A stretch of DNA of 64,000 nt from Podarcis pityusensis (taxonomy: Eukaryota), in the NCBI GenBank assembly GCA_964106645.2, contig OZ067039.1. One strand, written 5' to 3'. Under the pieces are notes generated by a model. The model made no database searches and was not told the origin of the DNA. It saw only the letters and a list, made by a program, of their open reading frames with translations. Below, in pieces: positions 40,438-52,311 of the stretch. The position numbers and the translations under genes were made by a program. The first letter of the stretch is position 1. Each line of letters begins with the position of its first letter.

Positions 40438-41558
40438 AAAACACAAACATGTATATGGGAATACATACCCTCAGGCACAAACTGGAACTACAATACATGG
40501 CTTAACCACAGACACAATCACGTTACAACTCATACACAATATCTTCTTGCACTTAATTTTCTTTAATGAGGGTCTTGTAGACTGTCATCCCTTTCACAAC
40601 TGTCATACTTTACATAAAAGTCCCAATTTCAAAAGATAACAGATGTTACATGGATTTTTCAGCTGCTAAATCTTGAGTAGAATTAGGTGTAGGAAGACCA
40701 AAAGGTACAACTCTTGTGCAATATATATGTAGGCAAATGTGTTTAGAAACTTTTTTTTTTTTTTACATTTCAGCTTATATGTGTGTTTTTTAATGAGCTG
40801 AATTTTTAAACAAAACATCTAGCTGGCTTTTCCATTTTTATAGAATCTAATCTATTCAATCCATATATTCCCTTCTACCTAAAGAGATTGCGATCCAAAC
40901 CCATCTCACACTGGGCTATGGGGAGTTTGCATTGAGCAGAGCTTCCCTCCACTTGCTTCTGATGTCTTATCCAGCTTTCTTCCACCCACCAATGGCAAAA
41001 GAACTCGAGCATCACTCCACTAGCCAAGACCTCCCACTTCCACCTTCCACTGCCACTCAAATGGGCAGGCAAAAGAGCTGCCAGTGATACCCCTGGCAGC
41101 AGAGCCCTGAGGGATTCCTGGAAATTGGGTGTTCCAAGGACACTGCAATTCTGAGCTGACATGGGGTCTATGGATCATAAGATACTCTCTCAGCCAGTGC
41201 TGGTGAGCATCAGGCCTGATGTGGGCCCAAAGACTGTACCAGCCTGGAACTAGTGCACATATAAGGCCCAGTCTGCCTGCCCACACCTGCTACTGCCACC
41301 ATGAGTGGCTGGAATGCAGGTACAGTGGTGGCCTCAGCACTCCACAGACCCTCAGAAGTGGCAGCAGGAAGTTTGCGTTGTTGTCTCTGTAAGACAGCCA
41401 CATTTTCTTCACTCAGTCCTAGCAACAAATTAATCATCCGGTCATTTTATTGCTTACATGTGTTATGAGAGCTTGCAGCTTTGGTGAGTTAGATTGAAAT
41501 GATCACTTACAATTTCTGGAGTTCAAAGGCTTCATTCATGCAGGAACAGATTTATCTT

Positions 41559-41563
<5 letters not shown>

Positions 41564-41607
<44 letters not shown>
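41564..41607. repeat. (GA)n microsatellite
   Basis: direct reading. Confidence 0.95.
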
Positions 41608-41610
<3 letters not shown>

Positions 41611-44600
41611 GCAGACATCTTGTCTCAACAAGTTGGGAGAAATGGCTCAGTTTTCAGGGGTGGGGTTAACAGACAAAGATGCTACAAACAGGTTTACTAG
41701 ACAGTGTCCTCATGTGGTTTAAAGTAACATGTGCATTAACTAGAAGCTCAGAATAGAAGGAAATGCTTTTCTCCAACTTAAATTATATAAGCAAAATAGA
41801 CTGTTAATAAATATATCTACCATGTAGCTTGGTCTAATAATAACAGAGTGGGTGGCAAGATCTACATTTCTGTTCCCTTGATTTAAGTATGAGGGACTGC
41901 ATCAAGGACCACAGACTCCGACCACAGACTCTTAATCAAGTCCAAAGATTAGGGTTAAAGATGAATATGCAAAATTTTATATATATTTTTAATTGTATTC
42001 AGTGAGGCCCACTCCCAAGTAAGCATGCATGGGTTTGCAGCTGTAGTCCCATTAAAGTCCAGCTTAAGTTCCTAGTTTCAATATTATGCATAAACTTTCC
42101 ACAGTGTTGCCCCTCAGACAAAGCATTCCCTTTGCACAATAACCTGCCAGAACCTGAAGCATAAACTGGAAGTTAAAAACATGTAATTATAAACACAAGT
42201 CTTTGTCAGGTCATGTCCTTATGAACACAACACTGACTTCATAGCTATTGGGAAATGAGGGAAAATCTTCCCAGAGTGGAGCTTTAAAAAGCTTTATATC
42301 ACAGTCACAGTCAGTGGCAGAACTATACTAGCCCACAAGTTCTTACATGGCCATGAATGGATTTTCTCTGAGCTGAAGGTGCTTTACTCTGAGCTGTAAG
42401 ACTCGTTTGTTTATTTTACAGGGTAAAGATTAATGTTACCATAATGTTAAATATTACATAGTTCTCTGCATACCAGGAAGTTTCCTTAAATTAAATAAAT
42501 AAATAAATAAATAAAATCTAGTTTTCATTGTTACTGCTTTCCAAATTTCTCAGTTTTCTTTTCTTTCACACCACTCATGAATACTAATAAGCACTTCGCA
42601 CTTCAGCAGCTAAGACTGCAATCCTAAACACACTTTATCTGAGAATAAGTCCTGTAAAATGGGGCATACTTCTGAGCAGACAGGTATAGGGTTGCACTGT
42701 CACATGTTTTACTTCCCTTGTATATCTCGTGCAGTTGCATACACATGTTGTATAAGACTGAATTTCCAGAATCTGGAGTTCTGAGGAATATATTCCCACA
42801 TTAGAAAAGAGAATTGGCTGTTCACGAAACAAAAGGTGCAAGGCACCTCTGTAAATTCCAAATATGAAGTCCCTAAATGACCATGTCAAATGGCATTGTT
42901 CTTGAGGTGGATGCAGGATGCTTTATATTGGCCTGACATACTCATTTTTGCTCCAGAGACCAACATCAAACTCCTCCACCTCCTTCTAAGTGGTGCAAAG
43001 GTGCTTTCTGTCAACCCCCTTAAGGTGAGAAGGGAGTCAGGGAACTTGGTCCTTAAAGAGTTTTCTTTTCTTCCTGTCAGAGCAGAATAAAATGGCAAGA
43101 AACGGGATGAGGGATAAACTGCCACCAGTTAAAAAGAAGCAGACCGGGAAGGTGCCTTGTCACCATGGCAACGAGGCCAGGAACATTTCTGAAAGATGGG
43201 CTTTTTTGCTTGCTTTTCACCTGCCAATCTTCCTCTTCCCTCCTTCTCTTCCCTCAAATGTAACTCTCCCTCTGCAGGAGACACGCTGTGACATTTACAC
43301 TCCCACTAATAAGCCGGCTGCATGATGGGCAAACTCCTTGGGAGAGCATCTGTCACAAAGCCCAAACAGCAAGGCTCTGCAGCTGAGGGAAAGAGTTTGA
43401 TTCTCTCAGGCAGTTAGTGCAGGGATTGGTGCCTTTCCCTCCCCCCCCCCCCCCATTCTCTTCATGTTCTATTATTACTAGTGCTATTAAGTCAGGAGAC
43501 TGTAAGAAAAAGCAGCAGGCATGGTCTTTTGGAGCCAAGAAGCCAAGGCAAGCCATGGCAAGCTGGAATTGTTTTCTTGCCTTTGCAGTGTGTGGCAATG
43601 ACCCTGGTGCCAACATCCAGCTGGGAAGGAACTATGTGATTGCAAGACAATAGTCACTCTCCAGAGAACCTCTTTGCAATTAGAAACGCTATCCTTCTAG
43701 CAAAGAAAGCCTGAGAGCCAAGAAGTGGCAAGATGCCCGTGGAGCAGTTTCAAGCCTAAATCTACATTGTGACAACTGGATTTTTGACAAGTGCACACAC
43801 ACACACACTCCCTCTCTCTCCTTCTCTCCAGCCAAGCTTCATTCGGCCTCAAAACCCATATTTTTCATGCCATTCCACACACCCTGGCCTGTCTTGACTG
43901 TGGTAGCAAGAAGGAAAATTAGGATCATGGCTCTGAGTCCCAGTTGTGCCATGCAGCCTATAGACATTGAGCAGATGTATAAATGGCACTGCTGCTGATT
44001 GTACTTGTGTGGTAATTCAAGCTTGGGTGTATTTCCATTACAATTACATGCCCCCATTGGCAGCTCATTAAGAATCAAAGCACTGATGTGTGAATAAGTT
44101 TCTATCAGGAGAGCTTTGGAAATCTGAAAGAAGGAAATTTGAACCCCAACTTGCACACACAGCACACCCTGAACATGTTATCTCTCATTCAATATCCATT
44201 TCCCCTCTCATTTTGTGTGAGTGAGAGGAAGGGGGAGGGACAAACAAAAAGCATGAGCTAATATTTACCCTTCTAAATGTGAAAAGAACATGATCAGATC
44301 TTCAAAGTGGAGACCGGCTGTCAAATATCCCCTTTCTGCAGATGGGCAACTAGTGTGATGGGTTTTTGAGCACCAGAATCGTGATAAAATAGATAATTCG
44401 AAAAAGGCTGGACTGTTTACAACTAGAAAATGCATGAAAGATGAATCTGGATTAATGGTTCATCAGCATGGGAAAGGCTAGAGAAGAGTTGAGTGTGCAT
44501 TGAGCTCATTTCTGGAGCAGAGATTCTTATTTCCATCTCAGAATTTTAGGGTTCTGAAGGACTGAGTAAGCCAATATAATAAAGGATCGCAGTCTACTAG

Positions 44601-46531
44601 CATTCACATTTCAGTGCATAAAGAAGAGAGGGGAGAACAAATACTCCATGCCAAAGGTATCTGCATGGTAAGCTCCATTGTCAGAAATCAACACTATAAT
44701 TTGAATTTATAGGTCATATAGCTTTGGGGTTATGATGAAGCTACAACGAGGCTGTGTGAGGGAACTAGAAGTTTGCCTATAAATGAATACATTATAACTG
44801 ATTATACTAAAAACTCACACCAAAATCGAAAATGATAAATAAAACACGAATCTGACAAGGGTGTTGCATTTCCACCTTCCTTTTGAAAGAACCACGAAAA
44901 GTTGCATCATAAAGTTGCCAAGCTTTTATCCCTTGAGATGGATTCTAACAACAGCAGAGATCTCAGAAAGCACAGCATATGTTTCCAGTATCCCCTGCAA
45001 AAGAAGAATTGGCTGTATCTAAAGATCACAGATTTGTGATTCAATCCATAGGCTTTAGCATTTGAAACATACACTTTGAACTAGCTGTGTTTTATTGAGA
45101 GAGAACTGAGTAGGTAAGCAAGTAAAAGTAAGGCAAGCATCCCTGCTGCTGAACCGGAAAAGAGGAGCAAGATTAAACATTTTAAATATATATATATTCC
45201 TACTTGTAAAGACCACTATCAGTTAATGAAAGCAGACAAACATTTTAGAATATGGCGGACATTTTGACACATATTTGCTGCATTCTGAATCATTTAGTTT
45301 CAGGACAGAGTATGTGTGTCGACTTTTATCAAACTTTATAATATTTGTCGGGTTTTATCTTACATTTACATTTGCCGGCTGCATTAATGACATGAACCTG
45401 ATATTTATGACAGCCATGACAAAGTCCCTTTTTTATTTGAAAGGTGTAATATGGTCTTGGAACCATATTGCTGAAAATTCAGGAACTGACTGAGGTACAC
45501 ACATAAACAACACTGTTCTATGTTAAACTTTTATGATTCAATAATCGCTTGTAGAAATGTACCTCTGACTTGAACAGCCTATTCAAGCACTATTTACCTC
45601 AGGTAAACCCAGCAACCATCTGATATCTGTGGTCTGCATATTGTTAACTAGATGTGAAACTAGTTAACTAACTAAAACTCAGACTGAATCAAATGTATAG
45701 AATAGTTGTCACATTAGACACCAATGTTTGCTGTGCTGCTAATGCCTTTACAGATCAGCTTCTACCTTTGTAAAATAGGGAAGAATTATACCTATATATT
45801 TAACAGGGGCAGATTAATTACTGGGTGTTTTTAAAATAAGTTTGCAATCGACATCAAACACTAAAGATGACCAATAGGTGACTAATAGCCCTCCTTTATA
45901 AAAAAAAATATTTTTAATGCATCAACTGAACTTAGGCACATAATAACTGCTTTTTTGAATAGAAATCAAATGCATGTCTATGGCGAGCACCTTTTCAGTG
46001 TCACTGCAACCTGGATATTGCACAAAGGGGGAGGGCCATGTCAGAAGAGAATAAAGCAAGTGATTTTGATTTGTTGCTCAGCAACAGAAGTTGCGGGGGA
46101 AACAATCAAAGAAGAAAAGGAATAGGCATTTCCAAGAGAGTGAGTTATTTTAGGAGAGGAAAAGATTGGAGACTAGCAAAATGTCAGCTCACAGTAGATA
46201 ACATTTTTTTATATCAATAATTGAAAGTCCCTAGGCATTTGAGGGCACATAAGTATTTAAGGATGATTCAAAACATCTAGTCCACACCTTTCCCAAAGAG
46301 TTGCAAAGCCACTGAAGTGTTTAATCAACTTTGTGTGTTCAGTGGGGGAAGAATATTCAGATGCAAAGAAGGGAAGTTGAAATGTCTTCTGTGTGTTTTA
46401 AAACAAGTGGTGGCTTCCCAGGCTTACTGTCTCATATGTAGCACTTTGTGTCGTTGTTCTGAAGAATAGTGTTGTGCTAACAGCATGTTTCCCCCTCCCA
46501 CATCCCTTCTCCCTTTTCCTTTCTCTTGTAG

Positions 46532-46666
46532 GACAAAACAAGTGCTTTGAGTCTCAGCAACGTAGCCGGTGTTTTCTACATCCTCATCGGTGGGCTTGGA
46601 CTAGCCATGCTGGTTGCCTTAATCGAGTTTTGTTACAAGTCCAGAAGTGAATCAAAACGGATGAAG
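46532..46666 (+). CDS. GRIA1: GRIA1 exon: M4 and membrane-proximal C-tail ([13 protein letters not shown]...[14 protein letters not shown])
   Basis: strong pyrimidine tract + tag, 135 nt, AAG|gtggca donor; SRSES is GluA1-specific. Confidence 0.97.
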
Positions 46667-48284
46667 GTGGCAACACATTCACAGGCCTTTCACACCTTCT
46701 TTCTGATACCAGCCAGACTCCTAATATTCCTTTAGGAATGGATCCAGACTAGGATGGCTATTAGGGTAGAACGTCAATATTTAAAGGCCAAGGAAATGAA
46801 TTTTCCCTGGCCTATTTAGTGTTCAGCTGTATAAGACCTGAGTAAGAGCGAATTTGCAAATAGTTTGTAGCCAGAATTAATCGTTGTGGGACATGTGTAG
46901 AAGCCTATGTTTCCAGCATTCTTAACAAACACAAAACCTAACCTGGTTTGAAACAGAGTTTAAGAACAAAAACAGGCCAGGTAATCTGGCTCTCTGTCCT
47001 TGCTAAAATGGGATTGCTCTGGGCTAATTTAATCATATCTCGCCATGGCTATTCAATTGGTATTGGAAAGTCATTCTGGGGGGAAAAGGGAGAGAGAGAA
47101 TCCTTTGCTGCATCCCCAGCCACCTAAGTGTTTAAGGTCCATTTGATTCCTTTTGTTGCACCGCTGGGGAAATATCTAAGAGACAAGTTGCACAGGAAAG
47201 ATCCACAAGTTTCAGGTGCACAATCCTTACTCAGGTGTGAAATTTACTATGTAGCCTTGAACAACTTGCCTTACAGAGCCATTACAAGGCAATTGTTCAT
47301 CTAAATGACACAGGATACCATAACATTTGGGATTGCTCTAAGCAGCCTTGCATTGCTTATGACAGAGAAAATATTCTCAGACATCACAAAAGCAGGTCTT
47401 CAGGGCAGGTTCATGCTTAATGAGGTCACTTTTTGTGAAGCCTCCTGATGGTGTCACATTTAACCCATGCGAAGATTTCAGCTCTAAAATTAGCTCTCTG
47501 CCCCGTGTGGAAAAGTCATTGTTTCCCAATCCAATGAACCACCGTTGAGTTTCTTTGCAGAAGCAGGGATATTTTATGATTGTCCATTCAGCTTTGTAAT
47601 TCTGAATCAGTACTTTAAGTGCAGAATTGTTTACATTTGTAAGGAATTCCAAAGCCTTAGAGTGACATAGCCTTTGCCTGCCATCTTGGTCCCATGATCT
47701 GTGAACTCAAGACATACCCAAAGTAATGGTTGTGCATTTGTTGTCTTTGTTGTTATTCATTTTTTGTAAAGAAATTACACTTCTACAGAGCATGAATACA
47801 TAAAGAAATATCAACGCTCTCCTTCCAGCACTCCTCTGCCTTCTTCCACTCAGTTTCTCAACCCATTAACCACAAAATAAGAAAAGAAAGAAAGGAAAGC
47901 TTGTGCAAACCAACTCTTCAGGTGGAATCTGAACAGCAAATAACAGTCAGCTGACAACTATTTTAATTTGTACACAACTGTAGAAACGAATGCCAGATGG
48001 CACCAGGCTTTTCCTTTTATTAAAAGTAACTCTGTCCTTATTAACCAGGTATAACATGAATATATCTCACAGTTAATACACAAATGAGGAAACGGGTTTT
48101 AAGGTGCAAAGATTTTAGAGAGGCAATATACCTGTAACACCACAGCCACCTTGTGATATAGGTTAGGCTGAGATATATTATTGCTTGCCCAGTGACTTTC
48201 AAGCTGATTGGTATTGAAACCTGGTTTCTGATATTCATGCCTAACTGTCTATCAGTTGCACTACACTTCAAGTTTAGCCTATAC

Positions 48285-48415
48285 TGCTGGGGAACCTGTG
48301 GCACTCTAAAAGGATGTTGGACTACAACTCCCATTACCTCTGACTCTTGGCCAGGCTGGCTGGGGCTGATGGGAGTCCAACAACATGTGGAGGGCCAGAG
48401 ATTCCCAAGTCCTGC
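48285..48415. mobile_element. Degraded hAT MITE
   Basis: ggggaacctgtggc..ggactacaactccc..ggagggccagagattccc. Confidence 0.65.
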
Positions 48416-49249
48416 TCTGTTGTATATGAAAACACCCTTCAAATTCAGTTTTTATTGTGTTAGGAGAGACAACTATGTGGAAAAGCTTATTCATTACACT
48501 CTTGTGATCTTTCACTCTTATCCTTATGACAATAAGCAATTCTGACCAGTAAAGGACTTGTGTGCCCTGAGAGAAAAAGAAAGTTTTAAGACTTTCTTCT
48601 ACATCATGCTTACCTCTACATCATGGTCAATGCTTATCACAATATTTACAAATTGGGTTCATGTTGCTAACCTTGCCAGCTACCCAAATGTCCTTCCAAA
48701 GTCAACTTCCTTGTTGCACTTCTTTCAGTTTGGGAGCTGGAAGCGGGTGACATGCTGAAAACTAGTGGGGAAGAGTGAGGCTTTGCAAGGGAAAAAATGG
48801 GAGGAGGGAGAAATGATTAAGCATCCGCTGGTCTTGTCCAGTCCACCAAATATCCATATTAGGGTTATGAAGAACACAATTTCCCCTAACCATGTCTTAA
48901 GTATATTTCAGATATGGGATAACTGAACTGTTTCCATTGGACCACCTTAGATGGTTTTTTTTTTAAAAAAAACCACAGTGGCAAACTTTCTACCCTAAGA
49001 TATGTTCTTCACATGTGGGTGTTTTGAGCAAGAGGGAAAATAAATTCTGATAGAATAAATATTAATGACTTTAAAAAATGTGTTTGCTCTGAATATGTAT
49101 GCCTGCATAACTTGTTCATTTCTAAGCAGAATTGACAGGGAAGGGATCCAAGAGTACTAGGCTAGACTGAAGAAATAAAATGTTGTCTATTACAAATGCC
49201 CAGCCATTGCTAAGGACAGGGGGAGACCCCCCTTGTCTCTCTTAAAAAG

Positions 49250-49441
49250 GGTTTTTGTTTGATCCCACAGCAATCAATCAATGAAGCCATACGAACATCA
49301 ACCCTTCCCAGAGCATCTGCGGCAGGAACCAGCAGTGGAGAAAACGGACGGGTGGTGAGCCACGATTTTCCCCAAACTATGCAGGAGATTCCATGCATGG
49401 GTCACAGCTCTGGGACACCCCTGGGAGCAACGGGATTATAA
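49250..49441 (+). CDS. GRIA1: GRIA1 terminal coding exon, long C-tail ending [11 protein letters not shown]
   Basis: aaaag|GGT TTT TGT; [21 protein letters not shown]; S831- and S845-equivalent serines at 49274 and 49316; TAA 49439-49441. Confidence 0.97.
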   Translation, partial: GFCLIPQQSINEAIRTSTLPRASAAGTSSGENGRVVSHDFPQTMQEIPCMGHSSGTPLGATGL

Positions 49442-51911
49442 TTACCCTTGATGGATATTCTGGGTGAGAGCAGGGTCTCCCTAATCCCAGCCTCTCCAGT
49501 GCTAAAAACCAAACCGTTCAAGAAGAGGGACAATGCACTGGATCTTTTAGAGGAAACCAGATTCATTTTCCTTTGTTTTTGTTTGTTTGTTTGTTCGTGT
49601 GTGTGTATGTGTTTATTTTGCAGTAAATCCACAGGCAGAAAGCATGACCTGTACTGCAATAAGGAGAGGGCAACTGGACTGAACAAAATTTGGAGACATC
49701 CCTGAATACACGGTTACAGGAACACTGAGGAAGACAGCGCCATTTTGTTTTTAACTTGGTTGTTAATAAGTTCTTAGTGTGTGCAATATATATATTTTTC
49801 TTACTAATTCCCGTGATGTCAGGGTGATCTCAGCCCTGCCCTGCTCAAAAGTTTAAAATCAGGTTTAGTTTGGGATGCAAACCATACATGTCTGCGCTAC
49901 TAACAGTGAAAGGGGGTGGGTGGGAACAATTCCTCTGAGACAACAGGACTCTACTGTGTTTTAAAGTTGTTGCGACAAAGCTAACTAGGCCATCGACAGA
50001 GAATTCCACTATTGAATGAAGGATTTCTGAGGCAGTTGAAGCGGAAGCCTAACATGCAGAAAGGAGTAGGAAGACTTCTGAATGGGATGCCAGTGGTTGT
50101 ATCTGGATTTGGGAGAGCCTAGTTAAACAGAGGTTAATGTGACCTGTATTCCTGAGCTTGAAAGTGGCTGTCTAAGTTTAAATGTTGTGAGTGTGGGAAA
50201 TATCAGTCCCCAAAATGGGAATTTGACAGGCTACCACAAGGACAGGTCAGCAGCCGCCTATGACCATGGCTGTTTCCTCTAGAAAATGCAAAATATCAAT
50301 ATATCTATAGATCACATATCATCCCTCACTGCCTCACTGCCTTTTCAAGAGCCATTTCCTCATTCCCACACTACTGTAAGGTTTCCTTTCCATGGTGATC
50401 TTTGAGTAGAAAACCATTCACCACCAGTTAATGATAGACATCAGGGCTGTTTTGTATACATCTGGTTTATTAGTCTTTGTAAGCCAGATCTGATGGACAT
50501 TCCATGGAATAAGTGGGCTACATTATATTTATGATGACCAAAAAGTAATAATTTTAAAAAGTTTCCACAACAAGATGCCAATATTCACCTAGATCCAGCC
50601 TTCCATAATAATTGCTTGCAACTGGCCACAGTTAAAAAGCAAAATCGGTTTCAAGAATCAAATCTTGGCCAGCAGTATCATTTGCAGAAAAGCCAAAAGA
50701 CATGGTTTCCATCTCATCCATCATCGTGAAGGGAAGTGGAACACACAGAACTGACCAGCTGGTACCCTACTTGCTACTGATATAAAACCCAATCTCGCAA
50801 TGAAAAACTGAAATCCAGAGAGCTGTCCAAAGCACAAGACAACAGACTTGCTAGCAGTATTTCTCCCAGTCATGTGCTCCTTGACATCTACATTGAAACA
50901 AAAGCTTCATTTGTGTGTGCGTGTGCGTATGTGTGTGATATCACCACCGTGAACAGTGAACTACTCGAACAGAGTGGAAAACGTTGCCCTGAAGAAAAAC
51001 CATTAAAAGGAAGTATCTCCTACTCCATCGTAGGTCTGGAAGAGGCCCAACCCTTCCTTGGCGATTTCCTGTCCTCACAGATGCATCTGCCCATGACTGG
51101 ATGTTAATTCCAGACTTTACAAGGGGCTAAATCTTCCTCCAAGTGCCAGTGCAAACCCATCAGTATAACAGCAACTTGTTATATCTAATATCTGAGACCT
51201 GTGTGTAACATAAAAGTGTAAAATAGGAGACTGTAACATAGAATGGAAGCAGAAGGATGCGATAAGAGGCTACGGACTGAAATGGCTTTGTTGTGGGGAC
51301 CATCATGATGTCGCTTTAAAAAAATGTGTGTGTGTGACTGGCAAGTGGCTCTAAACAAATAAGCTACCATACATGACTTTCTGTGCTTATGAAGCTTCAA
51401 AAACTATTAAAGACTGGCTTCTAGGAACTGATTGTACCATTCAGCACTATGTTGTTCCATCAATTTCTTCCACTCATCTTAAGACGACATCTTCATAAGA
51501 CTGGCAGCACAGAACCTGCAGATCCCCTTCAGAGGGCACAGCATGCCTAGTGCCTGTTTTGTTTTCTCTCCGTGCTGCTGGAAGCCTTTTTGTCTTCATC
51601 TTCCATCCAGCTGTTTGTCATGGCTCAGATCTCAGCCTCCGATAATAGCTCTTCAGGGTCTTGTTCTCCGTGTGCAATTCTTATTTTTAATTTTATGTCT
51701 GCTTTGGTTACATTTTGAGTTTAGTTCTGTGTGTGTCTTTATGGTGTGCACGGCTCACAAAACTAAGCCTGTTTTTGATGAAGAGATCTTTTGGATGTCC
51801 AAGAAGAGACCCGATCTTTCTTTCGAACACAAGAGTTTTCCAGAGCTCCCACAACTGTCATACACCGTAAAATACAATGGGAGCAGAGTGCAAGGATTTT
51901 CTTCTGTATGG

Positions 51912-51917
51912 AATAAA
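51912..51917 (+). terminator. Candidate proximal polyA signal AATAAA
   Basis: canonical hexamer in the 3'UTR; downstream U/GU element is weak. Confidence 0.35.
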
Positions 51918-51950
51918 AAATATAGCCCATAAAACTTTGAAAGAGATAGC

Positions 51951-51972
51951 GAGAGAGAGAGAGAGAGAGAGA
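51951..51972. repeat. (GA)n microsatellite in the 3'UTR
   Basis: direct reading. Confidence 0.9.
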
Positions 51973-52305
51973 AACCTCAGTTGCCTTTGTGGCAAAGGAA
52001 TCAAAGAGACCTATCTGACAATTGAGCCAGCCAGTTAGATGGGTTTGTGGGAAGAAGCCTTCTATGATAGGACAAATGCCTGTAACACTAGGACATGAGA
52101 CTCATCTTTGAAATGTTTTTGATCAGTGGAAGGGTGGGAGCAGAAAAAGAAGAATGATTCAGAAGAAGAGGGGAAATGTTAACTTGTAATATGTATTTTT
52201 ACTACACTTTTCTTAAATATAGAATAATGTGGTGGGGAGGGGGGAACCCTTAAAGACATTGACATTTTTCTCAACAAGAAACCATATTTAACAGTTTTGG
52301 CTTTC

Positions 52306-52311
52306 ATTAAA
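52306..52311 (+). terminator. Candidate main polyA signal ATTAAA
   Basis: variant hexamer followed by U/GU-rich sequence (ttttttattt..tgtttgtttt). Confidence 0.55.

Noticed and set aside
51440-51456. REST/RE1 site
   Set aside because: Only the TTCAGCAC half-site is present
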